The position numbers were made by a program, and so were the translations under genes. This document shows, piece by piece, positions 24,487 through 33,588 of a stretch of DNA of 64,000 bases (positions are counted from its first letter, which is position 1; every line of letters begins with the position of its first letter). Below the pieces are notes generated by a model. It was not told where the DNA came from and ran no database searches. It saw nothing but the letters and a program-made list of their open reading frames with translations. Source of the DNA: Angustibacter luteus (GTDB taxonomy: Bacteria; Actinomycetota; Actinomycetes; Actinomycetales; Angustibacteraceae); assembly GCF_039541115.1 (NCBI RefSeq), contig NZ_BAABFP010000007.1:558001-622000 (forward strand), in the 5' to 3' direction.

Positions 24487-25944
24487 GTGAGCGCCCCGAG
24501 CACATCCGCAACGCGCCGACTTCGCAACTTCGTCGGCGGTGAGTACGTCGACACCGTGGGGGACGCGGCGAGCGACCTGGTCGACCCGTCCACCGGGCAG
24601 GTCGTGGCGCATGCGCCGATCTCGTCCGAGCAGGACGTCGACCGGGCCTACACCGCGGCCGCCGCCGCCTTCGAGACGTGGGGCCAGACGACGCCGAGCG
24701 AGCGCCAGCAGGCGCTGCTCAAGATCGCGGACGCCGTCGAGGCCCGAGCCGACGAGCTGGTCAAGCTCGAGGCACAGAACACGGGCAAGCCCTTCGCGCT
24801 CACCACGAGCGAGGAGATCCCGCCGATGGTGGACCAGATCCGGTTCTTCGCCGGGGCGGCCCGCGTGCTCGAGGGGCGCGCGGCGGGCGAGTACATGGCG
24901 GGGCACACGTCGTGGATCCGACGTGAGCCGATCGGCGTGATCGGGCAGGTGACCCCGTGGAACTACCCGATGATGATGGCCGTCTGGAAGTTCGCGCCGG
25001 CGATCGCCGCGGGTAACACCGTCGTGCTGAAGCCGAGCGACACGACCCCCGAGACCACCCTGCTGATGGCCGAGATCGCCGCCGAGTTCCTGCCGCCGGG
25101 TGTGCTCAACGTCGTCACGGGCGACCGGGACACCGGGCGCGCCATGATCGAGCACAGGATCCCGTCGATGGTGTCGATCACCGGGTCGGTGCGGGCCGGC
25201 ATGCAGGTCGCCGAGGCCGCGGCGCGCGACGTCAAGCGAGTGCACCTCGAGCTCGGCGGCAAGGCGCCCGTCGTGGTGTTCGACGACGCCGACCTCGAGG
25301 CGGCGGCGGAGGCCATCGCCGTGGCCGGCTACTTCAACGCCGGCCAGGACTGCACGGCGGCGACCCGGGTGCTCGCCGGCCCGGGCATCCACGACGACTT
25401 CGTGGCCGCGCTGGCCGAGCAGGCCCGCGGCGCCAAGGTCGGCCTGCCGGACGACGAGGACGCGCTGCTCGGCCCGGTCAACAACGCCAACCAGCTGCGG
25501 CACGTGTCCGGCTTCATCGACCGGCTGCCCGACCACGCGTCCATCGGCGCCGGCGGCGCCCGGGTCGACGGGCTGGGCGACGGCTACTTCTGGCAGCCCA
25601 CCGTGGTCTCCGGGCTGCACCAGGACGACGAGGCGATCCAGAACGAGATCTTCGGCCCGGTGATCACGGTGCAGCGGTTCACCGACGAGCAGCAGGCGCT
25701 GGCCTGGGCGAACGGCGTGCCGTACGCCCTGGCCTCCTCCGTCTGGACCAAGGACTTCGGCCGGGCCATGCGGATGAGCAAGAAGCTGGACTTCGGCTGC
25801 GTGTGGATCAACACGCACATCCCGCTGGTCGCGGAGATGCCGCACGGTGGCTTCAAGCACAGCGGCTACGGCAAGGACCTGTCGATGTACGGGTTCGAGG
25901 ACTACACCCGGATCAAGCACGTCATGGCGAACCTTGACTCCTGA
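24487..25944 (+). CDS. Gamma-aminobutyraldehyde dehydrogenase (copy 1)
   Basis: PWNYP, LELGGK, NAGQDCTAATR, EMPHGGFKHSGYGKD; AGGAG RBS before GTG 24487. Confidence 0.9.
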   Translation: MSAPSTSATRRLRNFVGGEYVDTVGDAASDLVDPSTGQVVAHAPISSEQDVDRAYTAAAAAFETWGQTTPSERQQALLKIADAVEARADELVKLEAQNTGKPFALTTSEEIPPMVDQIRFFAGAARVLEGRAAGEYMAGHTSWIRREPIGVIGQVTPWNYPMMMAVWKFAPAIAAGNTVVLKPSDTTPETTLLMAEIAAEFLPPGVLNVVTGDRDTGRAMIEHRIPSMVSITGSVRAGMQVAEAAARDVKRVHLELGGKAPVVVFDDADLEAAAEAIAVAGYFNAGQDCTAATRVLAGPGIHDDFVAALAEQARGAKVGLPDDEDALLGPVNNANQLRHVSGFIDRLPDHASIGAGGARVDGLGDGYFWQPTVVSGLHQDDEAIQNEIFGPVITVQRFTDEQQALAWANGVPYALASSVWTKDFGRAMRMSKKLDFGCVWINTHIPLVAEMPHGGFKHSGYGKDLSMYGFEDYTRIKHVMANLDS

Positions 25945-27115
25945 GATCGCGTACCGCCCCGGCCAGCTGTCCCGGCGCGCGTTCGTCGGCGGCTCCACCG
26001 CCGCGCTCGCCGCCCTGCTCGCCGCCTGCGGCACCAAGGGGACGGCGCGCTCGTCCGGCCCCGCGACCACGCCCGACCTCTCAGCGACCGAGAAGCTGGT
26101 GAAGTTCTCCAACTGGCCGCAGTACATCGACGTCAGCGACGACGACGACGGCAAGCGGCCGACGCTGGACGCGTTCACCAAGGCAACCGGGATCGCCGTC
26201 GACTACACCGAGGACGTCAACGACAACGAGGAGTTCTTCGCCAAGATCCGGCCCGCGGCGTCCAACGGCCAGTCCATCGGCCGCGACCTGTTCGTGGTCA
26301 GCGACTGGATGTCCTCGCGGATGATGCGGCAGAGCTGGGTGACCCAGTTCGACCACTCGAAGATGCCGAACGTGACGGCGAACCTGCTGCCGCAGCTGCG
26401 CGACGTCTCGTTCGACCCGGGCCGCAAGTACAGCCTGCCGTGGGCGTCGGGGATGACCGGCATCGCCTACAACAAGAAGCTCGTCGGCCGCGAGATCCGC
26501 GAGGTGAAGGACCTGTTCGCCCCGGACCTCAAGGGCAAGGTGACCATGTTCTCCGGCATGAAGGAGACGATGCCGCTGCTCATGCTGGGGCTGGGCATCG
26601 ACATCGGCACCTTCACCGAGGCCGACTTCAACCGCGCGCTCGACGTCCTCAAGGACCAGATCGCGAAGGGCCAGATCCGCGCCTTCACCGGCAACGAGTA
26701 CACCTCGTCGCTGGCGAAGGGGCAGACCGCGGCCTGCTTCGCCTGGAGCGGGGACGTGCTGCAGCTCGCGCTGGACGACCCGGACCTCGAGTTCGTCGTC
26801 CCCGAGGCCGGCGCCGAGCTCTGGTCGGACAACTGCATGATGCCGGCGCCGGTGTCGCACAAGGCCAACGCGGAGCAGCTCGTGGACTGGTACTACCGGC
26901 CCGAGGTGGCCGCCGCGCTGGCTTCGTGGGTGCAGTACATCCCGCCGGTCGAGGGCGCCCAGGACGAGATGAACAAGATCGACCCCGATCTCGCGAAGAA
27001 CCCGCTGATGTTCCCGGACGACGCGACGAAGAAGCGACTGAAGGTGCAGCGCGACCTCACCGACGCCGAGGACCTGACGTTCACAGCGGCGTTCACGGCG
27101 GCGACCGAGACGTAG
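25934..27115 (+). CDS. Polyamine ABC substrate-binding Tat-lipoprotein (PotD/F-like), not in an ABC operon
   Basis: SRRAFV twin-Arg, LAAC lipobox, SNWPQYID, AWSGD, WSDN; TTG start overlapping the ALDH stop. Confidence 0.85.
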   Translation: MTPEIAYRPGQLSRRAFVGGSTAALAALLAACGTKGTARSSGPATTPDLSATEKLVKFSNWPQYIDVSDDDDGKRPTLDAFTKATGIAVDYTEDVNDNEEFFAKIRPAASNGQSIGRDLFVVSDWMSSRMMRQSWVTQFDHSKMPNVTANLLPQLRDVSFDPGRKYSLPWASGMTGIAYNKKLVGREIREVKDLFAPDLKGKVTMFSGMKETMPLLMLGLGIDIGTFTEADFNRALDVLKDQIAKGQIRAFTGNEYTSSLAKGQTAACFAWSGDVLQLALDDPDLEFVVPEAGAELWSDNCMMPAPVSHKANAEQLVDWYYRPEVAAALASWVQYIPPVEGAQDEMNKIDPDLAKNPLMFPDDATKKRLKVQRDLTDAEDLTFTAAFTAATET

Positions 27116-27139
27116 GCGGCGCCCGCGGCGAGCGCCGTC

Positions 27140-27427
27140 CTACACGTCCACGCTCAGCCGGACCGTGACGACGTCCCCGAGCTCGAGGTCCTCGGCGCGC
27201 TGCACCGCCTGCTTCACCGGCACGAGGTAGCGCCCGGCCTTGGGGAACAGGGACGTCGTCCACTCGGTGTCGCCGAGCTGCACCCGGACCGGGATGACCC
27301 CCCAGCCGTAGCTGACCTCGGCGGCGGCCGCCTTCAGCTCGACGCATTGGTCCTCCGGGACGGTGACGAAGTGGTAGGGCGACGGGCCGCGCCAGTACCA
27401 GATCTCGCCGGTCAGCTCGAGGTCCAT
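27140..27427 (-). CDS. DUF1905-like small protein
   Basis: WRGPSPYHFV, YGWGVIPV, WTTSLFPK..YLVPVK. Confidence 0.75.
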   Translation of the reverse strand: MDLELTGEIWYWRGPSPYHFVTVPEDQCVELKAAAAEVSYGWGVIPVRVQLGDTEWTTSLFPKAGRYLVPVKQAVQRAEDLELGDVVTVRLSVDV

Positions 27428-27480
27428 CGGGCCAGGTTAGGCTCCCTGGCGGACGTTCCGCTTCCGGAAAGCAGGAGTGC

Positions 27481-28449
27481 ATGGCCGCCGATCTCAGCCC
27501 CACCGCGCGGGCGCTGCTGACCCTCGAGCTCGTCCAGGGCAGTCCCGGGGTCACCGCGGAACGGCTCGCGGACAAGCTCGGCGTCTCGGAACGGGCCGCC
27601 CGCCGCTACATCACGATCCTGCGCGAGGCGGGCATCCCGATCGAGTCCACCCGCGGCCCCTACGGCGGCTACCGGGTCGGTCGGGGGCTGCGGCTGCCGC
27701 CCCTCGTGTTCAGCTCGGCGGAGGCGCTCGGCCTGGTGATGGCCGTGCTGGACGGTCACCACGAGGCCAGTGACCCCAGCGACCCGGTGGGCAGCGCCCT
27801 GGGCAAGATCGTGCGAGCCCTGCCCGAGCCCGTCGCCGCCCAGGCCGAGGCCGTTCGCCGGACCACCTCGCCCGCGCCGGACCGGGCCGCCGTCCGACCC
27901 GAGCCCGGAACCACCGCCGACCTGGTGGACGCCGTCTCGGCGCACCGGCGAGTCCGGCTCGACTACCGCTCCGAGGCCGGTTCGGAGTGGGTCATGGACG
28001 TCGACCCGTGGGCGGTCGTCGTCCGGCACGGGCGGTGGTACCTGCTCTGCCACGCCCTGGCCAAGGACGCCCTGCGGGCGTTCCGGATCGACCGGGTCCG
28101 CGGTGTCGAGCTCCTGCCGGACACGTTCCAGCCGCCCGTCGACCTCGACCCGGTCGCGGTGCTCGAGGCGCACCTGGCCACGGGGTGGGAGTTCGACGTC
28201 GAGGTGGTGATCGACGCCGCCGTCGACGCGGTGGCCCGCTGCCTGCCGCGGTCGCTGGGGGTGCTGGAACCGTCGGGGGACGGTGGGTGCCGGCTGGTCG
28301 GCAGCACCAGCGACCCGCACTGGTACGCCGAGCAGCTGACCCGGATCCGGGCACCGTTCCGGATCGTGCGGTGCCCCGAGCTCCAGGACTGCGCCCGGTC
28401 GCTGGGGGAGCGCCTGGCGACGGCGTCCGGCTCGACCGAGGCCGGCTGA
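27481..28449 (+). CDS. HTH-WYL (YafY-like) transcriptional regulator
   Basis: LADKLGVSERAARRYI HTH; GRWYLL, RAFRIDRV. Confidence 0.92.
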   Translation: MAADLSPTARALLTLELVQGSPGVTAERLADKLGVSERAARRYITILREAGIPIESTRGPYGGYRVGRGLRLPPLVFSSAEALGLVMAVLDGHHEASDPSDPVGSALGKIVRALPEPVAAQAEAVRRTTSPAPDRAAVRPEPGTTADLVDAVSAHRRVRLDYRSEAGSEWVMDVDPWAVVVRHGRWYLLCHALAKDALRAFRIDRVRGVELLPDTFQPPVDLDPVAVLEAHLATGWEFDVEVVIDAAVDAVARCLPRSLGVLEPSGDGGCRLVGSTSDPHWYAEQLTRIRAPFRIVRCPELQDCARSLGERLATASGSTEAG

Positions 28450-28451
28450 CG

Positions 28452-29390
28452 GTGGACGCGACCGAGCTGGCCCGGCGTTTCGGGCTGGACGGCGCGGTGA
28501 CGCTGTCCGACGGCCCCGTGGCCCGGGGCAAGCAGGGCGAGGTGTGGCGGCTGGAGACGCCGGACGGTCGATGGGCGGTGAAGGCACCGTTCCAGCCGGT
28601 CGGCGAGGACGACGTCCGGGAGTCGACGCTGTTCCAGGAGACCGCCTACGCGTGCGGTGTGCCGACCCCGGCGGTGCGACGGACCGACGACGGTCGGGTC
28701 TTCGCGACCGTGTCCGGCCGACGGGTCCGGCTGTACGGCTGGGTGGACGTGCTGGCACCGGACCCGATGCTGGACCCAGGCCTGGTGGGCGACGTGGTGG
28801 GGCAGTTGCACCAGGTGCCGACCACCGCCACGTCGACAGACGTCGCCGCCTGGCACCGCGCGCCGGTCGGCCCGGCCCGCTGGGACGAGCTGGTGACTGA
28901 GCTGCGAGCGGCGGGCGCGCCCTTCGCGGAGCGGCTGGCCGACCTGCGCGACGAGCTGGTCGCGCTCGAGTCGTGGCTCGAACCGCCGCAGGACGTCCGG
29001 CTCTGCCACTGCGACCTGTGGGCCGACAACGTGCTGGCGACGGCGGACGGCGGCGTCTGCGTCCTGGACTGGGAGAACAGCGGGCCCGCCGACCCCAGCC
29101 AGGAGCTGGCCTGCGTCCTCTTCGAGTTCGGACGCTCGGACGCCGGTCGGGCCCGGGCGCTCGCGGAGGCGTACCGGGAGGCGGGCGGCCCGGGTCGCGT
29201 CGACCGCCGCGGGCGCTTCTCGATGCTCATCGCGCAGCTCGGGCACATCACCGAGATCGCCGCCACCGACTGGCTGCAGCCGAACCGGCGCTCGCCGGAC
29301 CGCGCCGCTGCTGCCGCCTGGATCAGTGAGGTGTTCGACGAGCCGCACACCCGCGACGCGCTGGACGAGCTGCTCGGCTGGGTGACCTGA
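28452..29390 (+). CDS. APH/choline-kinase-like phosphotransferase
   Basis: WAVK, CHCDLWADN, VLDWE. Confidence 0.85.
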   Translation: MDATELARRFGLDGAVTLSDGPVARGKQGEVWRLETPDGRWAVKAPFQPVGEDDVRESTLFQETAYACGVPTPAVRRTDDGRVFATVSGRRVRLYGWVDVLAPDPMLDPGLVGDVVGQLHQVPTTATSTDVAAWHRAPVGPARWDELVTELRAAGAPFAERLADLRDELVALESWLEPPQDVRLCHCDLWADNVLATADGGVCVLDWENSGPADPSQELACVLFEFGRSDAGRARALAEAYREAGGPGRVDRRGRFSMLIAQLGHITEIAATDWLQPNRRSPDRAAAAAWISEVFDEPHTRDALDELLGWVT

Positions 29391-29413
29391 GCGAGGCGGG
29401 CCATGCTGGTGCG

Positions 29414-30052
29414 GTGACGACCACTCAGACCGCTGCCCTGACACCGCCACCGGACGAGGCCGACTGGGTGCTGACCTACCTCGGTGTGCGGATCGCGGTC
29501 GGCGTTGTCGGGGCCACCTTGCCTGTCGTCCTGTTCATCAGCCACTACTTCTTCGGCGACGGGTTGATGCCGGACTCGATCAGCGCGTTCTACTACACGC
29601 CGATGCGCAACTACCTCGTCGGATCCCTGTGCGCGCAGGGCGTGTTCCTGTTCTGCTACCGCTACGCCCGGCGCGACAACTGGCTCAGCACGCTGGCCGG
29701 CGTCCTGGTCATCGTCGTCGCGCTCAGCCCCACCGTGGCGGCGGGCGCGTCGACGACCGTCTGGAACGTGGCGCACGGCGTGGCGGCCGGTGGGTTCTAC
29801 GTGATCCTGGCGTACTTCGCGTACTTCTTGTTCACCCGCAGCGACCACCCTGTCGCTCCGGGCAGCCGAAAGGCGTTGCGCAACACCATCTACCGGGTCT
29901 GCGGCGTCGTCGTGGCGCTGTCGATGCTGGTCGCCTTCGTGCTGCTGAGGTCGCCCGTGCACCTGCTGTTCTGGTGGGAGACCATCGCCACCTTCGCGTT
30001 CTCGTTCGCCTGGCTCGTCAAGGGCGGCCTGTTCTTCGCCGACCGTCCCTGA
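29414..30052 (+). CDS. Multi-pass membrane protein of unknown function
   Basis: ~6 TM, SISAFYYT, AFSFAWLVKG. Confidence 0.75.
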   Translation: MTTTQTAALTPPPDEADWVLTYLGVRIAVGVVGATLPVVLFISHYFFGDGLMPDSISAFYYTPMRNYLVGSLCAQGVFLFCYRYARRDNWLSTLAGVLVIVVALSPTVAAGASTTVWNVAHGVAAGGFYVILAYFAYFLFTRSDHPVAPGSRKALRNTIYRVCGVVVALSMLVAFVLLRSPVHLLFWWETIATFAFSFAWLVKGGLFFADRP

Positions 30053-30069
30053 CGCGCCCGCCGCCCGGT

Positions 30070-30157
30070 CGTTGATCACGTTCAGTGGGTCCAGGCCCGC
30101 TTATCGAGGTGAAGGACCCTCGAGAAGCGGGTGTGCGCCCACTGAACGTGATCAACG
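30070..30157. repeat. Long inverted repeat (REP-like) between convergent genes
   Basis: Perfect 20-bp arms cgttgatcacgttcagtggg/cccactgaacgtgatcaacg plus a 14-bp inner stem with 1 mismatch. Confidence 0.9.
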
Positions 30158-30166
30158 GGCGAGGGG

Positions 30167-31777
30167 TCAGCGGGTGTCGCGAGCCAGCAGCGCGACGTGC
30201 AGGGCGAGGCAGGTCTCCACGTCGTCCAGGTCCTCGTCCAGCACAGTGGCCAACCGGGTGAGCCGGTCGTAGAACGCCGGCCGGGACAGGTGCATCGACG
30301 CGGCGGCGGCGGACTTGTTGCGGCCGCAGGCGAGGTAGGCGCGCAGCACCTCGAGCAGGTCGTCCTCGCGGTCCAGCAACGGGCCGAGCTCACGCTCGGT
30401 GAACGTCTCGACGCGGGGGTCGTCGCGCAGGAGTGACAGGAGCCCGCGGACGCCGACGTCGTGCAGCCGCACGAACCCACCGACCCGCGGCAGGTGCGCC
30501 GCGGCATCAGCGACCTGCTGCGCCTCGACCACGCTGCGCCGGGCGTCCCGCAGGCCGGCCACGACCGTGCCGGCGGCCAGCAGCAGCTGGTCGGACGCCT
30601 CGCCGGGCATCCGGTAGCGGACCACGCGCTCGATGGCTCGGCTGAGCCCGTCCAGGACCGCGCCGTCGCCGTCGCGGCGGTCCAGCGCCAGCAGCAACCC
30701 GACGCTGCGGTCGTCGATCGCGCCGACCAGGGCCGGCGCGGAGGCGTCCCGGGCGGCCTGGGCCACGGCGTCGGCGAGGTCACGCAGGCGAGCCTGGGTG
30801 GCGAGCGTGGTCGCCGACCGCCCCTCGCGCCAGCGGACGACGGCGCCCAGCAGCCGACGTCCGTCCAGCGTCACCCCCAGCGCCCGGGCTCGGAGCCCGA
30901 TCTCGGCGTCCGGGTGCTGGTGCTCCATCAGCGCGGTCAGCAGGGTGCGGTGGGTCTGCCGCTCCAGGCCCTCGCGGTCCCGGGTGATCAGCCGTTGCAG
31001 CGCCAGGGTGGTGGCCGTGCGCTCGACGAGCATCAGGTCGTGCGGACGGGGGTCTTCCATGCCGCGCACCAGCACCAGCCGCCCCCAGTCCTCGCCGCGC
31101 GCACCGACGGTTGCGACCACCCAGCCGGACGCCGGGTCGACCCCGGCCCGCCCCTCGACCCGCACCGCGCGCGAGCGCTGCTGCCAGCGGGCGAGCAGGG
31201 CGGCCTCGTCCGTGCCGGCCGCGTCGTGCTCGACCACCAGGTGGCTGGGCGTCTCGAGGACGACGGGCGCGCCGGCCATCCGGGCCGCCTGACGGACCAC
31301 CTCGGCGGTGTCCGCCCCTTCGACGGCGAGCTCGGTGAACGTCTCGTGCAGCGACTGCGCCTGGCGCAGCGAGCTGATCTGGCCGTCGATGATGAGCGAG
31401 TGCACGGCCTCGGTGACCTCGATGAACGCCACCGGCTGCGTGAGCTCGACCAGGGGCAGGCCGAAGCGCTCGGCGGCGCGCACCATCGCCGTGGGCAGCC
31501 GCCCGGCGTACGCGCGACCGAGCTCGACGACCAGCCCGGCCACGGGCAGGGCGGCCAGGCCCTGCACGAACGCGACGATGCCGTCGTCCGTCCGGGGCAG
31601 CGCGACCCCGGTGGTGAGGATGAGCTCGTTGCCCCGCAGCAGCTCACTGATGTCGGCGACCTCGGCCACGTGCGCCCAGCGCACCTCGTGCCCGAGGTGC
31701 TCCGCCCCGGCGACGACGCGGGGGCGTCCGGCGGCGAGGACGGGCAGGCCGAGCACGGCGCTGAGCGTCGGGAGCAT
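30167..31777 (-). CDS. PucR-family transcriptional regulator
   Basis: VRWAHVAE..LRGNELILTTG N-domain; C-terminal HTH NKSAAAASMHLSRPAFYDRL. Confidence 0.92.
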   Translation of the reverse strand: MLPTLSAVLGLPVLAAGRPRVVAGAEHLGHEVRWAHVAEVADISELLRGNELILTTGVALPRTDDGIVAFVQGLAALPVAGLVVELGRAYAGRLPTAMVRAAERFGLPLVELTQPVAFIEVTEAVHSLIIDGQISSLRQAQSLHETFTELAVEGADTAEVVRQAARMAGAPVVLETPSHLVVEHDAAGTDEAALLARWQQRSRAVRVEGRAGVDPASGWVVATVGARGEDWGRLVLVRGMEDPRPHDLMLVERTATTLALQRLITRDREGLERQTHRTLLTALMEHQHPDAEIGLRARALGVTLDGRRLLGAVVRWREGRSATTLATQARLRDLADAVAQAARDASAPALVGAIDDRSVGLLLALDRRDGDGAVLDGLSRAIERVVRYRMPGEASDQLLLAAGTVVAGLRDARRSVVEAQQVADAAAHLPRVGGFVRLHDVGVRGLLSLLRDDPRVETFTERELGPLLDREDDLLEVLRAYLACGRNKSAAAASMHLSRPAFYDRLTRLATVLDEDLDDVETCLALHVALLARDTR

Positions 31778-31808
31778 CCAGCCTCCGGGGAACGAGAGCC
31801 GAGCGGGC

Positions 31809-31850
31809 GACACTGTGTCGCCTCGTCGGCCCGAGAACAGGCACTGTGCA
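31809..31850. promoter_or_regulatory. Candidate PucR sites, tandem with 31-bp period
   Basis: GACACTGTGTC (31809) and GGCACTGTGCA (31840); similar pairs at 39206/39238 and 50768/50799. Confidence 0.5.
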
Positions 31851-31919
31851 TCCCACCGTACCGGGGAGGGTGTGTGCGGGTACAACGCGGGTCGGTAGTG
31901 ACCGAACCGTTACACGCTA

Positions 31920-31955
31920 GATTTCGTTGAGGTTACGCGATTCAGCCACGAAATC
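31920..31955. promoter_or_regulatory. Candidate operator, inverted 10-mers with 16-bp spacer
   Basis: GATTTCGTTG-N16-CCACGAAATC. Confidence 0.55.
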
Positions 31956-32039
31956 CTTTGATTAGCCTTGAACGGACCGAGGTGGCGTGTCAGGATCGGC
32001 GCACAGCCGGTTGGCTCGCCGAACAGATCAGGAGGTGGC

Positions 32040-33542
32040 GTGACGACATCGACTCGGGGCCACCAGTGGATCGGTGGCCGCCGCACGGCGCCCAGCGGGT
32101 CGGCGCCCGCGCACCCCGTGGTGAACCCCGCCACCGGGGACGAGGTGGACGTCGTCGCACTGGCCGGTCCGGCGGACGTCGACGCGGCGGTCCAGGCCGC
32201 CACCCTCGCCCAGCCCGCCTGGGGTGCGGCGACCCCCGCCGAGCGGTCCACCGCCATGCACCGCTGGGCCGCTGAGCTCGAGGCCGTCGCCGAGGAGCTG
32301 GCCCAGGTCGAGACGTCGCAGACCGGCAAGCCGATCCGGCTCAGCCGCGAGTTCGACGTCCCGGGCACCATCGACAACACCGCCTTCTTCGCCGGCGCCG
32401 CCCGCGTGCTGGAGGGCCGGGCGTCCGGCGAGTACTCCGCCGACCACACCTCCGCGGTCCGCCGCGAGGCACTCGGCGTCGTCGGCTCCATCGCACCGTG
32501 GAACTACCCCCTCCAGATGGCCGCCTGGAAGATGCTGCCCGCCGTCGCCGCCGGCAACGCCATCGTGCTCAAGCCCAGCGAGCTCACCCCGTTGACGGCG
32601 CTGATGATGGCCGAGGCCGCACAGCGCGCGGGGATCCCGGACGGCGTGGTCAACGTCGTCGTGGGCGCCGGCCCGGATGCCGGCGAGCACCTCGTCTCGC
32701 ACCCCGGCGTCGCGATGGTCTCGTTCACCGGCAGCTCGGGCGTCGGGCAGCGCGTCATGGCGCTCGCGGCGCCCACCGCCAAGCGCGTGCACCTCGAGCT
32801 CGGCGGCAAGGCGCCCTTCGTGGTCTTCGACGACGCCGACCTGGACGCCGCAGTGCACGGCGCCGTGGCCGGCGCCCTGATCAACAGCGGCCAGGACTGC
32901 ACGGCCGCGACCCGGGCCATCGTGCACCGGTCGCTGTTCGACGACTTCGTCGCCGGGGTCGCCGACCTGATGTCCGCCGTGCGGTTGGGGGACCCGCTCG
33001 ACCCGGCGACCGACCAGGGCCCGCTGATCAGCCGCGCCCACCAGGCCCGGGTCGCGGGGCACGTCGACCGGGCCCGCGAGCTCGGCGCCAAGATCGTCTG
33101 CGGTGGTCAGGCACCCGGTGGGGACCTGGCCCGGGGGGCGTACTACGAGCCCACGCTCGTCGCCGGGATCGACCGCACGGCGCCGATCTGGCACGACGAG
33201 GTGTTCGGGCCGGTGCTGGTGGCGGTCCCTTTCGAGACGGACGACGAGGCGATCGAGCTGGCCAACGACACGCCGTACGGGCTCGCCGCGTCGGCCTGGA
33301 CCAGGGACGTCGTCCGTGCTGGTCGGGCCACCCGGCAGATCCGGGCCGGGTGTGTCTGGGTCAACGACCACATCCCGATCATCAGCGAGATGCCGCACGG
33401 GGGCGTCAAGGCATCTGGCTTCGGCAAGGACATGAGCGTGTACTCGCTGGAGGAGTACACGAGCATCAAGCACGTCATGACCGACCAGACCGGGGTGGCC
33501 CGAAAGCCCTGGCACCGCACCGTGTTCAGCCACGACACGTGA
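32040..33542 (+). CDS. Gamma-aminobutyraldehyde dehydrogenase (copy 2)
   Basis: PWNYP, LELGGK, NSGQDCTAATR; AGGAGG RBS before GTG 32040. Confidence 0.9.
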   Translation: MTTSTRGHQWIGGRRTAPSGSAPAHPVVNPATGDEVDVVALAGPADVDAAVQAATLAQPAWGAATPAERSTAMHRWAAELEAVAEELAQVETSQTGKPIRLSREFDVPGTIDNTAFFAGAARVLEGRASGEYSADHTSAVRREALGVVGSIAPWNYPLQMAAWKMLPAVAAGNAIVLKPSELTPLTALMMAEAAQRAGIPDGVVNVVVGAGPDAGEHLVSHPGVAMVSFTGSSGVGQRVMALAAPTAKRVHLELGGKAPFVVFDDADLDAAVHGAVAGALINSGQDCTAATRAIVHRSLFDDFVAGVADLMSAVRLGDPLDPATDQGPLISRAHQARVAGHVDRARELGAKIVCGGQAPGGDLARGAYYEPTLVAGIDRTAPIWHDEVFGPVLVAVPFETDDEAIELANDTPYGLAASAWTRDVVRAGRATRQIRAGCVWVNDHIPIISEMPHGGVKASGFGKDMSVYSLEEYTSIKHVMTDQTGVARKPWHRTVFSHDT

Positions 33543-33588
33543 CCGACTGCAGACGATCCACCGCTGCCCATCCGGAAGGACCCACCCC

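Noticed and set aside
27481..28449. WYL protein as a marker of an anti-phage island
   Set aside because: No nuclease, helicase, ATPase or methylase neighbours; no obvious compositional shift
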